Origin: an uncultured Gammaproteobacteria bacterium
GTDB taxonomy: Bacteria > Patescibacteriota > Patescibacteriia > SG8-24 > DYFX01
Assembly (NCBI GenBank): GCA_964347735.1
Contig: CAYFZV010000001.1
Coordinates: forward strand, 1 to 45,893
Length of the DNA stretch: 45,893 nt
Direction: 5' to 3'
Position numbers and translations under genes: made by a program. Below the pieces are notes generated by a model. That model searched no databases. It saw nothing but the letters and a program-made list of their open reading frames with translations, and was not told the origin of the DNA. Below are positions 15,111-23,672 of this stretch, one piece after another. Numbering within the stretch: the first letter of the stretch is position 1; every line of letters starts with the position of its first letter.

Positions 15111-15482
15111 TTGGATCCTCATGCCCACATCCGCTCTGCCCGCTTCCGTGAAACGGCTCAACAGCGAGGGTTGACCGTCACCGAAAAGATCGCTCCTCGC
15201 TTCTTCAAGTTCGAGCTGACGCACGGAGAAATTCACGTCGTCCCCAAGCCCGACAAGGTCTTCGACCTGCTCGGCATGGCCCGCGAGTTCGCCAGCAATC
15301 CCGACTTTGGAGATCACAAGGCTCTCCTCCGTCACGCCGCGCTCCGGGACGATCTCCTCGACTCACCTATCGTCGTCTGGGTGAAGGGAGGAAGCCCCTT
15401 GGTCAAACGCGATCCAAAGAACTGGGTCATGCTTGAAGACTGGCTCAAGGAGCACGGCTACAACACCGATCACTTTCTCTGA
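15111..15482 (+). CDS. hypothetical protein (123 aa)
   Basis: TTG start 5 nt after GGAGG (15101-15105). A strong terminator lies downstream. Confidence 0.6.
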   Translation: MDPHAHIRSARFRETAQQRGLTVTEKIAPRFFKFELTHGEIHVVPKPDKVFDLLGMAREFASNPDFGDHKALLRHAALRDDLLDSPIVVWVKGGSPLVKRDPKNWVMLEDWLKEHGYNTDHFL

Positions 15483-15513
15483 CCCTCCGCCCTCGCGCGG
15501 ATTTTTTCTTTGC

Positions 15514-15543
15514 AAAAAAGGTCCTCCGTGGAGGATCTTTTTT
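15514..15543. terminator. bidirectional intrinsic terminator shared by the 15111 CDS and tRNA-Ile
   Basis: aaaaaaggtcctc-cgtg-gaggatctttttt, with A-run and T-run on both sides. Confidence 0.75.
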
Positions 15544-15618
15544 GGTAGGCCGGGATGGGTTCGAACCATCGACCAGCAGTGTATAAGACTGCCGCTCTGA
15601 CCGCTGAGCTACCGGCCC
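15543..15618 (-). tRNA. tRNA-Ile with genomically encoded UAU anticodon, CCA encoded
   Basis: Hand fold of the minus strand: GGGCCGG-UA-GCUC-AGCGGUCA-GAGC-G-GCAGU-CUUAUAC-ACUGC-UGGUC-GAUGG-UUCGAAC-CCAUC-CCGGCCU-A-CCA (G1-U72 wobble). Confidence 0.85.
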
Positions 15619-15655
15619 GCGCGCTTTCATTTAACATCGTGGCTCCCAAGAACGC

Positions 15656-15685
15656 AAAACCCCGCGCCGTATGGCGCGGGGTTTT
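15656..15685. terminator. bidirectional intrinsic terminator
   Basis: aaaa-ccccgcgcc-gtat-ggcgcgggg-tttt. Confidence 0.8.
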
Positions 15686-15688
15686 GGT

Positions 15689-16138
15689 TCAAGCGGCTTT
15701 TTCGTCGGACGCACTGATTTCGTCGAGCAGTCTCAACAGCCTTCCGGTGTATTGATCGTCTGTTGCGGACATCATGCGCTTTTCAACGGCGTCGGCGGCG
15801 GCTTCGACGGCCATAGCCTTCAAATCGCCTCGCGCTTTGTCGACCGGGATTTTCGGGAATTTCTCGGCGATCCGCAGCTCGGCTTTGGCGAGCGCTTCGT
15901 CGAGCATGCGCATCAGATCTTTGACCGAGGTTTTTTCCGAGGTCATGAGGAGGTCGGCGATCGTCTCGGCCGTTCCACCGACTTCGTCCCGAATCATGTC
16001 GCGCATTTCACCCTTGATGTCTTCGAGTTTCTCAAGCGTCTCCAAGGACATCGGTTGCGGCTCTGCATGACCTTTGGCGGCTTCTTCATCGATAAAAGCA
16101 TCGATTTCGGCGCGGCGCTGTTCTTCTTTTTTTTCCAT
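15689..16138 (-). CDS. hypothetical acidic, predicted helical protein (149 aa)
   Basis: Track ORF with its own promoter and terminator. Confidence 0.65.
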   Translation of the reverse strand: MEKKEEQRRAEIDAFIDEEAAKGHAEPQPMSLETLEKLEDIKGEMRDMIRDEVGGTAETIADLLMTSEKTSVKDLMRMLDEALAKAELRIAEKFPKIPVDKARGDLKAMAVEAAADAVEKRMMSATDDQYTGRLLRLLDEISASDEKAA

Positions 16139-16163
16139 GGAAAGAAGTTATTTTCTACTCATA

Positions 16164-16192
16164 AGAATACCTTATTTTTGACCTTTTGTCAA
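16164..16192 (-). promoter_or_regulatory. candidate promoter TTGACA-17-TATTCT
   Basis: Minus-strand read: aTTGACAaaaggtcaaaaataaggTATTCTtatg. Confidence 0.5.
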
Positions 16193-16208
16193 TGTTTACA
16201 GCCTTCTC

Positions 16209-16237
16209 TTGACAATTCCGGCATTTTCCGTTACGGT
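16209..16237 (+). promoter_or_regulatory. candidate promoter TTGACA-17-TACGGT for the 16293 CDS
   Basis: cTTGACAattccggcattttccgtTACGGT. Its -35 and spacer are nearly identical to the 13774-13802 promoter. Confidence 0.45.
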
Positions 16238-16292
16238 CACGCGTCGCCCATGGCGGGCGCATCCCCGAGAGGGGTTACAGGGAGCAACAATC

Positions 16293-16727
16293 ATGTACAT
16301 CGATCCTCTGAAGGTCGAAACGATGACCTTCGTGCTCGATCTGGAAGAAGGACATCCTGTGCGCGGCCTTTTCCTGTGGTTCCCCCACCTCTGGGACGTG
16401 CCGTCCGTCCGGGAACTCTTCCACCTCATGAACCGCACGTTTGGTGAACGATTGCGTCCGGCTCGCGTCAACGAGCACCTGGGAACCGCGGAGTCCCTGC
16501 ATGCGCAGGAGATCCGATGTCTGTTGACACGTTTTCAACAGGAATGCCCGATCGACGTGATCGAGGGCGGCGCAAGATACAATCTTCGCCGACTCTTCCG
16601 CAACGTCCTGGACGGCATCAAGCGCGTTTCCGCGCACGAACCGGATCCCCGGGACGCCGCGCGTCAATTCACCGTGGTCTTCTGCCAGCTCCTCCTCGCC
16701 ATCGGCCTTTCCCCCACCGCTCCCTAA
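16293..16727 (+). CDS. hypothetical protein (144 aa)
   Basis: Internal ATG of track ORF 16209..16727, preceded by AGGGAG. Confidence 0.55.
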   Translation: MYIDPLKVETMTFVLDLEEGHPVRGLFLWFPHLWDVPSVRELFHLMNRTFGERLRPARVNEHLGTAESLHAQEIRCLLTRFQQECPIDVIEGGARYNLRRLFRNVLDGIKRVSAHEPDPRDAARQFTVVFCQLLLAIGLSPTAP

Positions 16728-16751
16728 GGAGCGATTTTCTTTTACGCAGCC

Positions 16752-16780
16752 TTGTTGAAGCGCGTGTTTTCCATTATCCT
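16752..16780 (+). promoter_or_regulatory. candidate promoter TTGTTG-17-TATCCT, -10 ends 6 nt before the rluD ATG
   Basis: cTTGTTGaagcgcgtgttttccatTATCCTtcccccATG. Confidence 0.45.
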
Positions 16781-16786
16781 TCCCCC

Positions 16787-17728
16787 ATGAAGAAGATCAT
16801 CGTCCCCGCGCATGAAGCCGGAGAGCGTCTCGACGCCTGGCTCGTGCAGCAGTTTTCCGAAACATCCCGCACCGCTTTCCAGAAACTGGTGAAAAGCGGC
16901 GCCATTTTGGTGAACGGAAAAATGCCGAAGGCGCACGACATCGTGAAGGAAAACGATGTGATCGAGATCGCGAAGGCGGCTTCGAAAGCGTCACTCAAGG
17001 CGGCCAAGCCTGAAATTCCCAGCGTGCGCGTCGTCGATGAGACTGACGAATTTTTGGTGATCGACAAACCGTCGGGACTCCTCGTGCATCCGGCACCGTC
17101 ACAGAAGACATCGACGCTTGTTGATTTCCTCGTGGCTCACGCGCCCGCGATCAAGAAAGTCGGCGACGCCAAGGAACGCCCCGGCATCGTGCATCGCCTC
17201 GACCGGGAAGCGTCCGGCCTGATGGTCGTCGCCAAAACGAAAAAGACCTTCGAGCATTTGAAAAAACAATTCCAGGCGCACGAGATCAAGAAGGAGTATC
17301 TCGCACTGGTCTACGGAAAACCGTCCAAGGATTTCGACCTGATCGAGACGCCGATCGGCCGCAAGAAGGGCAAAGGACGCATGTCGGCCCGCGCCGCGGC
17401 GCAGGAAGGCGACAAAGACGCGCGCACGCATTACGACGTCCTCGAGCGCTACCCGCAGGCGACGCTCATGAAGGTCCGCACCGAAACCGGCCGCATGCAC
17501 CAGGTGCGCGTCCACATGAAATCGATCGGCCATCCGCTCGTCGGCGACGATCTCTACTCGCAGTCGAAACACGAGACGACATCGCTCCGAAACCTCCGCC
17601 TCTTCCTCCACGCGGCCACGCTCGGCTTCACGGATCTCAAAGGCGAGTGGCGCGAATATCATTCCGAACTTCCGCCGGAACTCGATTCCGTCCTGAAGAC
17701 GCTAAGAAAGAAACATGGCAAAGCGTAA
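16787..17728 (+). CDS. rluD: RluA-family 23S rRNA pseudouridine synthase (RluD-like)
   Basis: S4-like N-terminus (ERLDAWLVQQF..AFQKLVKSGAILVNG), FLVIDKPSGLLVHPA, and the catalytic GIVHRLDREASGLMVVAKT. The Arg-rich track extension upstream of the ATG at 16787 is rejected. Confidence 0.9.
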   Translation: MKKIIVPAHEAGERLDAWLVQQFSETSRTAFQKLVKSGAILVNGKMPKAHDIVKENDVIEIAKAASKASLKAAKPEIPSVRVVDETDEFLVIDKPSGLLVHPAPSQKTSTLVDFLVAHAPAIKKVGDAKERPGIVHRLDREASGLMVVAKTKKTFEHLKKQFQAHEIKKEYLALVYGKPSKDFDLIETPIGRKKGKGRMSARAAAQEGDKDARTHYDVLERYPQATLMKVRTETGRMHQVRVHMKSIGHPLVGDDLYSQSKHETTSLRNLRLFLHAATLGFTDLKGEWREYHSELPPELDSVLKTLRKKHGKA

Positions 17729-18263
17729 GAAGCTGGTCGTCATTATCTGCGGCCTGGCGGGATCGGGAAAATCCACCGCCGCCGAAGCGATCGCCAAGCG
17801 CTTCAAGCTGAAGCACGTCAGCGCCGGCGACCAGTTCCGCGCGGTCGCGAAAGAACGGAAGATGTCGCTCATCGACCTCGGCCGCCACGCCGCCAAGCAT
17901 CCCGCGTTCGACAAGGAACTCGACCAGCGCATGATGAAAGCCGCCAAAGCCGGCGGTGTCGTGCTCGATGGACGCGCCTCGGCGTACCTCGCCAAGAAGC
18001 AGCGCATCGCCGCCATCAAAGTCTTCCTGACGGTTGACCCGAAAGAGAGCGCCAAGCGCGTTTCAAAGCGGGACGGCATCTCGGTCGCCGCCGCCCTCAA
18101 GGCCAGTCGCCAGCGGGAGCGGGAAATCGCCAAGCGCCTCAAGGCCTTGTACGGTCTTGACACCGCGTCGACCGCGTACTATGATGCGGTCATTCAAACG
18201 GATCGGTATCGCCCCGAAGAGGTGGCTGAACTGATCGCATCACTTGTCACCTATGGAAATTAA
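17715..18263 (+). CDS. cmk: archaeal-type (type 2) cytidylate kinase
   Basis: P-loop [38 protein letters not shown], aligning by eye with archaeal CMP kinases. Overlaps rluD by 14 nt. Confidence 0.82.
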   Translation: MAKRKKLVVIICGLAGSGKSTAAEAIAKRFKLKHVSAGDQFRAVAKERKMSLIDLGRHAAKHPAFDKELDQRMMKAAKAGGVVLDGRASAYLAKKQRIAAIKVFLTVDPKESAKRVSKRDGISVAAALKASRQREREIAKRLKALYGLDTASTAYYDAVIQTDRYRPEEVAELIASLVTYGN

Positions 18264-18576
18264 GCCTGGAATGACCGTTCGGGTTCACCAGAAAATCAAA
18301 GAAACCAACCCGAAGGGCGAAGAGAAGGAGCGTATCCAGATCTTCGAGGGTATGGTGCTCAAGGTCCGTGGCGCAGGCATCTCCAAGACCCTCACGGTCC
18401 GCAAGATGTCCGGCGGCATCGGCGTCGAGAAGATTTTCCCGATGAACATGCCTTCGCTCGACAAGATCGAACCGATCAAGCAAGCCAAGGTCCGCAAAGC
18501 CAAACTCTACTTCCTGCGCACTTCCAAGAAGCGCCTGAAGGAGACGAACCTGCTCGTCGAGCAGAAAGGCAAATAA
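18253..18576 (+). CDS. rplS: 50S ribosomal protein L19
   Basis: [69 protein letters not shown] at 18253 is preferred over the track TTG at 18244. Confidence 0.9.
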   Translation: MEIKPGMTVRVHQKIKETNPKGEEKERIQIFEGMVLKVRGAGISKTLTVRKMSGGIGVEKIFPMNMPSLDKIEPIKQAKVRKAKLYFLRTSKKRLKETNLLVEQKGK

Positions 18577-18581
18577 GAAAA

Positions 18582-18605
18582 GGAGCCCGCAAGGGCTCTT
18601 TTCTT
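18582..18605 (+). terminator. intrinsic terminator after rplS
   Basis: gagccc-gcaa-gggctc followed by ttttctt. Confidence 0.8.
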
Positions 18606-18613
18606 GTATAACG

Positions 18614-18641
18614 AAAACTCCCCGTTCGGGGAGCTTTTTTT
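18614..18641. terminator. bidirectional terminator abutting the uvrA stop
   Basis: aaaa-ctcccc-gttc-ggggag-cttttttt. Confidence 0.75.
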
Positions 18642-21462
18642 ATTTCACCACGTTCTTCAGATACTGCCCTGTCAGCGATCCCTTCGCTTTGACGATCGCT
18701 TTGGGCGTGCCTTCGGCGACGAGCTTGCCGCCTTTGTCGCCGCCTTCGGGGCCCATGTCGATGACCCAGTCGGAGCATTTGATGACGTCGAGGTTGTGTT
18801 CGATGGTGACGACGGTGTTCCCCTTTTCGACGAGCTGGTCGAGGACGCCGAGCAGCCGCTTGATGTCTTCGAAGTGGAGGCCGGTCGTCGGTTCATCGAG
18901 GATGTAGAGCGTCTTGCCGGTCGCGCGGCGCGAGAGTTCGGTCGCGAGCTTCACGCGCTGGGCTTCGCCGCCCGAGAGGTTCGTGGCGGGCTGTCCGAGC
19001 TTCAGGTAGCCGAGACCGACGTCATGAAGCACGTCGAGCTTGTCGAAGACGGCGGGGATATCGGCGAAGAAACGGCGTGCTTCCTCGACCGTCATGTTGA
19101 GCACGTCGGCGATCGTTTTATCTTTGATGTGGATCTCGAGCGCTTCGTGGTTGTAACGCGCGCCTTTGCATTCCGGGCACTCGACGAAAACGTCGGGCAG
19201 GAATTGCATCTCGATGCGCTGGTAGCCTTCGCCGGCGCAGGTTTCGCAGCGGCCGCCGCCCTTCACGTTGAAGGAGAATTTGCCCGCGTCGTAACCTTTC
19301 ATTTTGGCTTCCGGCACTTCTGTGAAGAGATCGCGGATGGCGGTGAAGACGCCCGTGTACGTCGCCGGGTTCGAGCGCGGCGTGCGGCCGATCGGCGATT
19401 GGTCGATCGTGATGATCTTGTCGATGTGCTCGATGCCTTTAATCGACTTGTGCGCACCGGGTTCCTCCTTGGCGCGATAAAACTTCTTGGCCAGCGCGGT
19501 CGCAAGAATATCGATGACGAGCGTTGATTTGCCGGAACCGGAAACACCCGTCACGGCCACAAGCTTGCCGAGCGGGATCTTCACGTCGACGTTCTTCAAA
19601 TTGAACGCCGTGGCACCGAGGATCTGGATCGCTTTGCCGCTGCCTTTGCGCGGTTCCTTGGGTGCGACAATCTTTTGCTTGCCGGAAAGATACTGGCCTG
19701 TCAGAGAGTCTTTGTTTTTCTTGATCTCCGACGGCGTGCCTTCGGCCGTGATCTCGCCCCCGAATTCGCCGGCGCCGGGACCCATGTCGAAAACATAATC
19801 AGCCGCTTCGATCATCGCTTCGTCATGCTCGACGACGATGACCGAGTTGCCGACGTCGCGGATGGATTTGATGGCTTCGATCAGCTTGTCGTTGTCGCGC
19901 GGGTGCAGGCCGATCGAGGGTTCGTCCAAAATATAGATAACGCCGGAAAGCGAGGTGCCGAGCTGCGTCGCGAGACGCACGCGCTGGCCTTCGCCGCCTG
20001 AAAGCGTCGTGACCGAGCGATCGAGCGTCAGGTACCCGAGGCCGACTTCAAGAAGATGTGTCAGGCGATGCGAGACTTCTTTGACGATCTGATCGGCGAT
20101 CTTGCGGTCGAAGGGCGGCAGGTCGATCTTCTTGAAAGCGTCGCCGAGTTCTTCGATCGACATGCCCACGAATTCGGAAATGTTCTTGCCCGTGACCTTC
20201 ACGCCGAGCGCCTCCTTGCGCAGGCGCTGGCCTTTGCAGACCGGGCACGTGACCGTGCGCATGTATTCTTCGATCTCTTTGCGCATGTACTCCGAATCCG
20301 TCTCGAGATGTTTCTTTTCGAGATGCGGAATGACGCCTTGGAATTCGCTGTCGCCGTAGAGCACCGCGTCAAGCGCTTTCTTGGGAAGATCTTTGGTCGG
20401 CACGTCGAGCGAGAATTTCATCCGCTCGGAAAGCGCCTGGAGCTCTTTCATCATGCCGGTGCCGCTGCCGGCGATGCGCGTCCACGGCTTGATCGCGCCC
20501 TGGGCGAGCGTTAGCTTGTCGTTCGGGATGACGAGTTCCGGTTCGGCGGTCAGCTTCACGCCGAGTCCCGTGCAGCCGGGGCAAGCGCCGTGCGGGCTGT
20601 TAAACGAGAAAATGCGCGGCTCGATTTCGGGCAGCGAAATGCCGCAGTCGGCGCACGCGAGGCGGCGCGACATCAAAAGGTCTTCGTCTTTCTTCTGCAG
20701 ATAGACGTGCAGGAACCCGTCGCCCATTTCGAGCGCTTTGCCGACAAGCGCGAGCATCTGCTTCTCGTCGTAGGCCGGATTCTTTTCCTGGATGCGGGCG
20801 ATTACCGCTTCGATCGTGTGGCGTTTGTCGCGGTCGAGGCGCTGCTTCGTGAGCTCTTCGATCGTGTAGAGTGATCCGTCGACGCGCGCTTCGCGGTAAC
20901 CGGCGCGGAACATCGCTTCGATCGCTTTTTTCTGCTCGCCCTTCTCTTCCTTCACGATGGGCGCGAGAATCAAAAGCCCCTGGTCCTTGGCGAGCAGGTT
21001 GATGCGGTCGACGATCTGACGCGGTGTCTGTTCGGCCACCGACTTGCCGCAATTCGGGCAGTGCGCCTTGCCGACACGTGCGAACAGGAGACGGAAAAAG
21101 TCGTAAATTTCGGTGATGGTGCCGACCGTCGAGCGCGGGTTCGAAGACACCGTCTTCTGGTCGATCGCGATCGTCGGGCTCAAGCCGGAAATCTCGTCGA
21201 CGTCCGGCTTGTCCTGGAGTTCCAGGAACTGGCGGGCGTAGGACGACAGGCTCTCCATGTAGCGACGCTGGCCTTCGGCGTAAATCGTGTCAAAGGCAAG
21301 ACTCGACTTGCCGGAACCGGAAAGACCGGTCACGACCACGAGCGCGTTTTTCGGAATATCGACGGAGACGTTCTTCAAGTTGTGAGCGCGCGCGCCTCGC
21401 ACGCGGATCACGTCCGGAACTCCGTTTTTTCCGCCAGCTTTGGAGATTTTTTTGCCAGCCAT
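18640..21462 (-). CDS. uvrA: excinuclease ABC subunit A
   Basis: 940 aa. [50 protein letters not shown], plus a second ATPase module [13 protein letters not shown] and [12 protein letters not shown]. Confidence 0.95.
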   Translation of the reverse strand: MAGKKISKAGGKNGVPDVIRVRGARAHNLKNVSVDIPKNALVVVTGLSGSGKSSLAFDTIYAEGQRRYMESLSSYARQFLELQDKPDVDEISGLSPTIAIDQKTVSSNPRSTVGTITEIYDFFRLLFARVGKAHCPNCGKSVAEQTPRQIVDRINLLAKDQGLLILAPIVKEEKGEQKKAIEAMFRAGYREARVDGSLYTIEELTKQRLDRDKRHTIEAVIARIQEKNPAYDEKQMLALVGKALEMGDGFLHVYLQKKDEDLLMSRRLACADCGISLPEIEPRIFSFNSPHGACPGCTGLGVKLTAEPELVIPNDKLTLAQGAIKPWTRIAGSGTGMMKELQALSERMKFSLDVPTKDLPKKALDAVLYGDSEFQGVIPHLEKKHLETDSEYMRKEIEEYMRTVTCPVCKGQRLRKEALGVKVTGKNISEFVGMSIEELGDAFKKIDLPPFDRKIADQIVKEVSHRLTHLLEVGLGYLTLDRSVTTLSGGEGQRVRLATQLGTSLSGVIYILDEPSIGLHPRDNDKLIEAIKSIRDVGNSVIVVEHDEAMIEAADYVFDMGPGAGEFGGEITAEGTPSEIKKNKDSLTGQYLSGKQKIVAPKEPRKGSGKAIQILGATAFNLKNVDVKIPLGKLVAVTGVSGSGKSTLVIDILATALAKKFYRAKEEPGAHKSIKGIEHIDKIITIDQSPIGRTPRSNPATYTGVFTAIRDLFTEVPEAKMKGYDAGKFSFNVKGGGRCETCAGEGYQRIEMQFLPDVFVECPECKGARYNHEALEIHIKDKTIADVLNMTVEEARRFFADIPAVFDKLDVLHDVGLGYLKLGQPATNLSGGEAQRVKLATELSRRATGKTLYILDEPTTGLHFEDIKRLLGVLDQLVEKGNTVVTIEHNLDVIKCSDWVIDMGPEGGDKGGKLVAEGTPKAIVKAKGSLTGQYLKNVVK

Positions 21463-21544
21463 GCATCCGACGTTATGTCGGAAGGCACTCTAGCACGCAA
21501 TTGTCGAGAGAGCAAGGAGCGCACCATGCGGCGCGCTCCGTCGT

Positions 21545-22891
21545 TCAGTTATTGCGGCAATCCGCGGTAATCATACGGACACCCTTGACACCTGAGCTGA
21601 CACCCGCTCCGTTGCAACCTTTGATGAAAGATTGCTGATGCAGAGTCGTGGTGCTGACACCGGGAATGAGGCCCGTACTGATCTGCGTATTCAGTTCACC
21701 TTCAGTCACACGAAGATCCTTGAACTTCTCGCAAGGGTTGATCGCACAGAGAGCACCTAAATGCACTGGCAAATCCTCGAGTTGTTCGATGCTTGAAAAC
21801 TCCCACGAGCTATCAGGACCTTTTTGGAATTCAGCCAATGAATGGTCCTTATCAGACCAGACAGGTTCCGGCGACTCGTCATATCCTTCGCAGCCGCATG
21901 TAAACGTTTTCTCACAGCCCATGGTGCCCACATGCGCCTTATCGATATTTACATTCACTTCCCGACAATCCATATCCGCTTGAACGCAACTGTCATATTT
22001 CTCCGCTTTGCCGCAGTATGACCAAAGCGCTTGATTTGGATCGTCTAACATGCGCGCTTTTGTAACGATCGTCATCCAAGCGAAGCAAGCTTGTTCCAAA
22101 CCGTACCCCAGTTCTTTTGCGATGGTTTTGGTGATGGCCATGCACGGAATGCAGACGCCGAGCGAGACATTCTTATCTTTTGTGATCTCATCTTTCACCC
22201 TCTTGGTTTCGAGGCCGCCTTTTTGCATGCAGGTTGCCACTTGAGGATCGAATGAACCTGTGGGATTCATCTTGATACGGCAATCCCCCTGGAACATGCA
22301 GTACACCGTGCTCTTATTCTCCTCGTACTGCCCGATGTTGCCACAATTTTTTGCGCTGCCGACGGGGGTGACCGCTTTACCGCTGGCGGTAAGCTCCTCG
22401 CACCAGGGCAGCAGCAGCAATTCCGTACTGACCGTGTTTTTTGCGATCGTGTCACTGATCGGTGCGAATCGGAGCAGTGCCGGATTGATCGTATTCAACA
22501 ACGCCCAGGCTGACAGTGCGAGCACGAGACCGACCAATGCGTCGGTAATGCGTTTTCGAGCGGCGCCGATCTTGCCCGAGTCGCCCGCCGAGGTCAGGTA
22601 TTGGAAACCGCCGATGATCATCATGACGGCCGCGACGAGACCGATGATCGAAATGCCGAACTGGTAGATGACGCCGATGTAGTTAGCGAGATCTGCGACG
22701 ACGCCATCGGCGTATCCGTCGACTTTTTGAGAAATCGGAATTTGGATTTCCGTCTTGATCGGAACCGGAGCCATAGCCGCGGCCTTCTGTTTTTGCGCCG
22801 AGTCCAAATCGGCCAGCGCGGATCCGCCCGCGAAAAATACGCCGATGACGAACGTTGCCAAGACGATCCAAACGGATTTACTGCGTGACAT
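21545..22891 (-). CDS. secreted/membrane protein: N-terminal VirB2/TrbC-like pilin module fused to an 18-Cys C-terminal domain
   Basis: Signal sequence MSRSKSVWIVLATFVIGVFFAGGSALA. Two-TM pilin-like core YIGVIYQFGISIIGLVAAVMMIIGGFQYLTSAGDSGKIGAARKRITDALVGLVLALSAWALLN. The last ~285 aa carry 18 Cys, and there are none before them. The ATG at 22891 overlaps the upstream DsbA-like stop by 14 nt. Confidence 0.75.
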   Translation of the reverse strand: MSRSKSVWIVLATFVIGVFFAGGSALADLDSAQKQKAAAMAPVPIKTEIQIPISQKVDGYADGVVADLANYIGVIYQFGISIIGLVAAVMMIIGGFQYLTSAGDSGKIGAARKRITDALVGLVLALSAWALLNTINPALLRFAPISDTIAKNTVSTELLLLPWCEELTASGKAVTPVGSAKNCGNIGQYEENKSTVYCMFQGDCRIKMNPTGSFDPQVATCMQKGGLETKRVKDEITKDKNVSLGVCIPCMAITKTIAKELGYGLEQACFAWMTIVTKARMLDDPNQALWSYCGKAEKYDSCVQADMDCREVNVNIDKAHVGTMGCEKTFTCGCEGYDESPEPVWSDKDHSLAEFQKGPDSSWEFSSIEQLEDLPVHLGALCAINPCEKFKDLRVTEGELNTQISTGLIPGVSTTTLHQQSFIKGCNGAGVSSGVKGVRMITADCRNN

Positions 22892-23609
22892 AACGTCGGA
22901 TAAGGCTTTCAAAGACGTCCCGCGGGATCGCTCCTTCGACGCGGCGGCCGTTGAAGAAGAAAGTCGGGGTGCCGCGCACGCCCGCGGCCAGGCCGGCGGC
23001 GGCATCGGCTTGGATCTCGTCGATACGCACGTGCGTGCTCATGCAGGCGCGATAGACGGGCAGGTCGAGACCCGATTGCTCGGCGGCGTGATCGATCTCC
23101 TTGCGCGTCAGCTCTCCGTCGAAGGCCGCGGCGAAGAGGCGGTCGTGCATCGGCCAGAATTTCTTCTGCGATTCCGCGCAACCCGCGGCTTCGGCGGCTT
23201 CGACGGCGTGCGGATGAAGTTCCGGCACCGGGAAGTCGCGGATGATCACGCGCACCTTGTCCTGATGCGCGGCCGCCAGCTCGCGGACGATCGAGGACTC
23301 GGCGTTGCAGAAGGGGCATTCGTAGTCGAGGAACTCCACGATCACGAGCGTGGCGTCAGCCGGCCCGATCGAAGGGTCGTCCGACGTAGCAACGTCCGCG
23401 AACGCGCCCGACGGCGCGCTTCCGCTTTTGATCAACGTGAACGCGCCGCTGTACTGCGGCAGATCGATGCTATCGCCGCGCGTGATCTGGCGGTGATAGC
23501 TCCAAACGCGCCACAAGAAGAGCAGGGCCAACGCGAGCGCGAGACCGATCACCATGAGCGCACCGAACGAGGAAACGCCGCGACGGATCATACGGCGACA
23601 TCGTAACAT
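22878..23609 (-). CDS. membrane-anchored DsbA-family thiol:disulfide oxidoreductase (second paralog)
   Basis: TM anchor FGALMVIGLALALALLFLW, active site VEFLDYECPFCNAES, and GVRGTPTFFFNG. Start at Met 23609 or 23591. The track start at 23744 (TTG) would overlap secG and its promoter. Confidence 0.85.
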   Translation of the reverse strand: MLRCRRMIRRGVSSFGALMVIGLALALALLFLWRVWSYHRQITRGDSIDLPQYSGAFTLIKSGSAPSGAFADVATSDDPSIGPADATLVIVEFLDYECPFCNAESSIVRELAAAHQDKVRVIIRDFPVPELHPHAVEAAEAAGCAESQKKFWPMHDRLFAAAFDGELTRKEIDHAAEQSGLDLPVYRACMSTHVRIDEIQADAAAGLAAGVRGTPTFFFNGRRVEGAIPRDVFESLIRRYVTQ

Positions 23610-23612
23610 GAA

Positions 23613-23641
23613 TTGACAGGAGACCGCACGATTGCTACGCT
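23613..23641 (+). promoter_or_regulatory. candidate promoter TTGACA-17-TACGCT for secG
   Basis: aaTTGACAggagaccgcacgattgcTACGCT. Confidence 0.45.
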
Positions 23642-23672
23642 GCCCCTTGATATCGCAACTGCTTTCCTCCTT

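Noticed and set aside
13070-15543. Direct repeat of the tRNA-Ile 3' end that would mark the ORFan islet as an integrated element
   Set aside because: I looked for ggtaggccggg/ttcgaacc fragments to the left of the tRNA and found none. Island status therefore rests only on gene content and the inverted 20-mer.
18604-21570. Several plus-strand ORFs (307, 152, 169 aa and others) across uvrA
   Set aside because: They are antisense shadows of uvrA.
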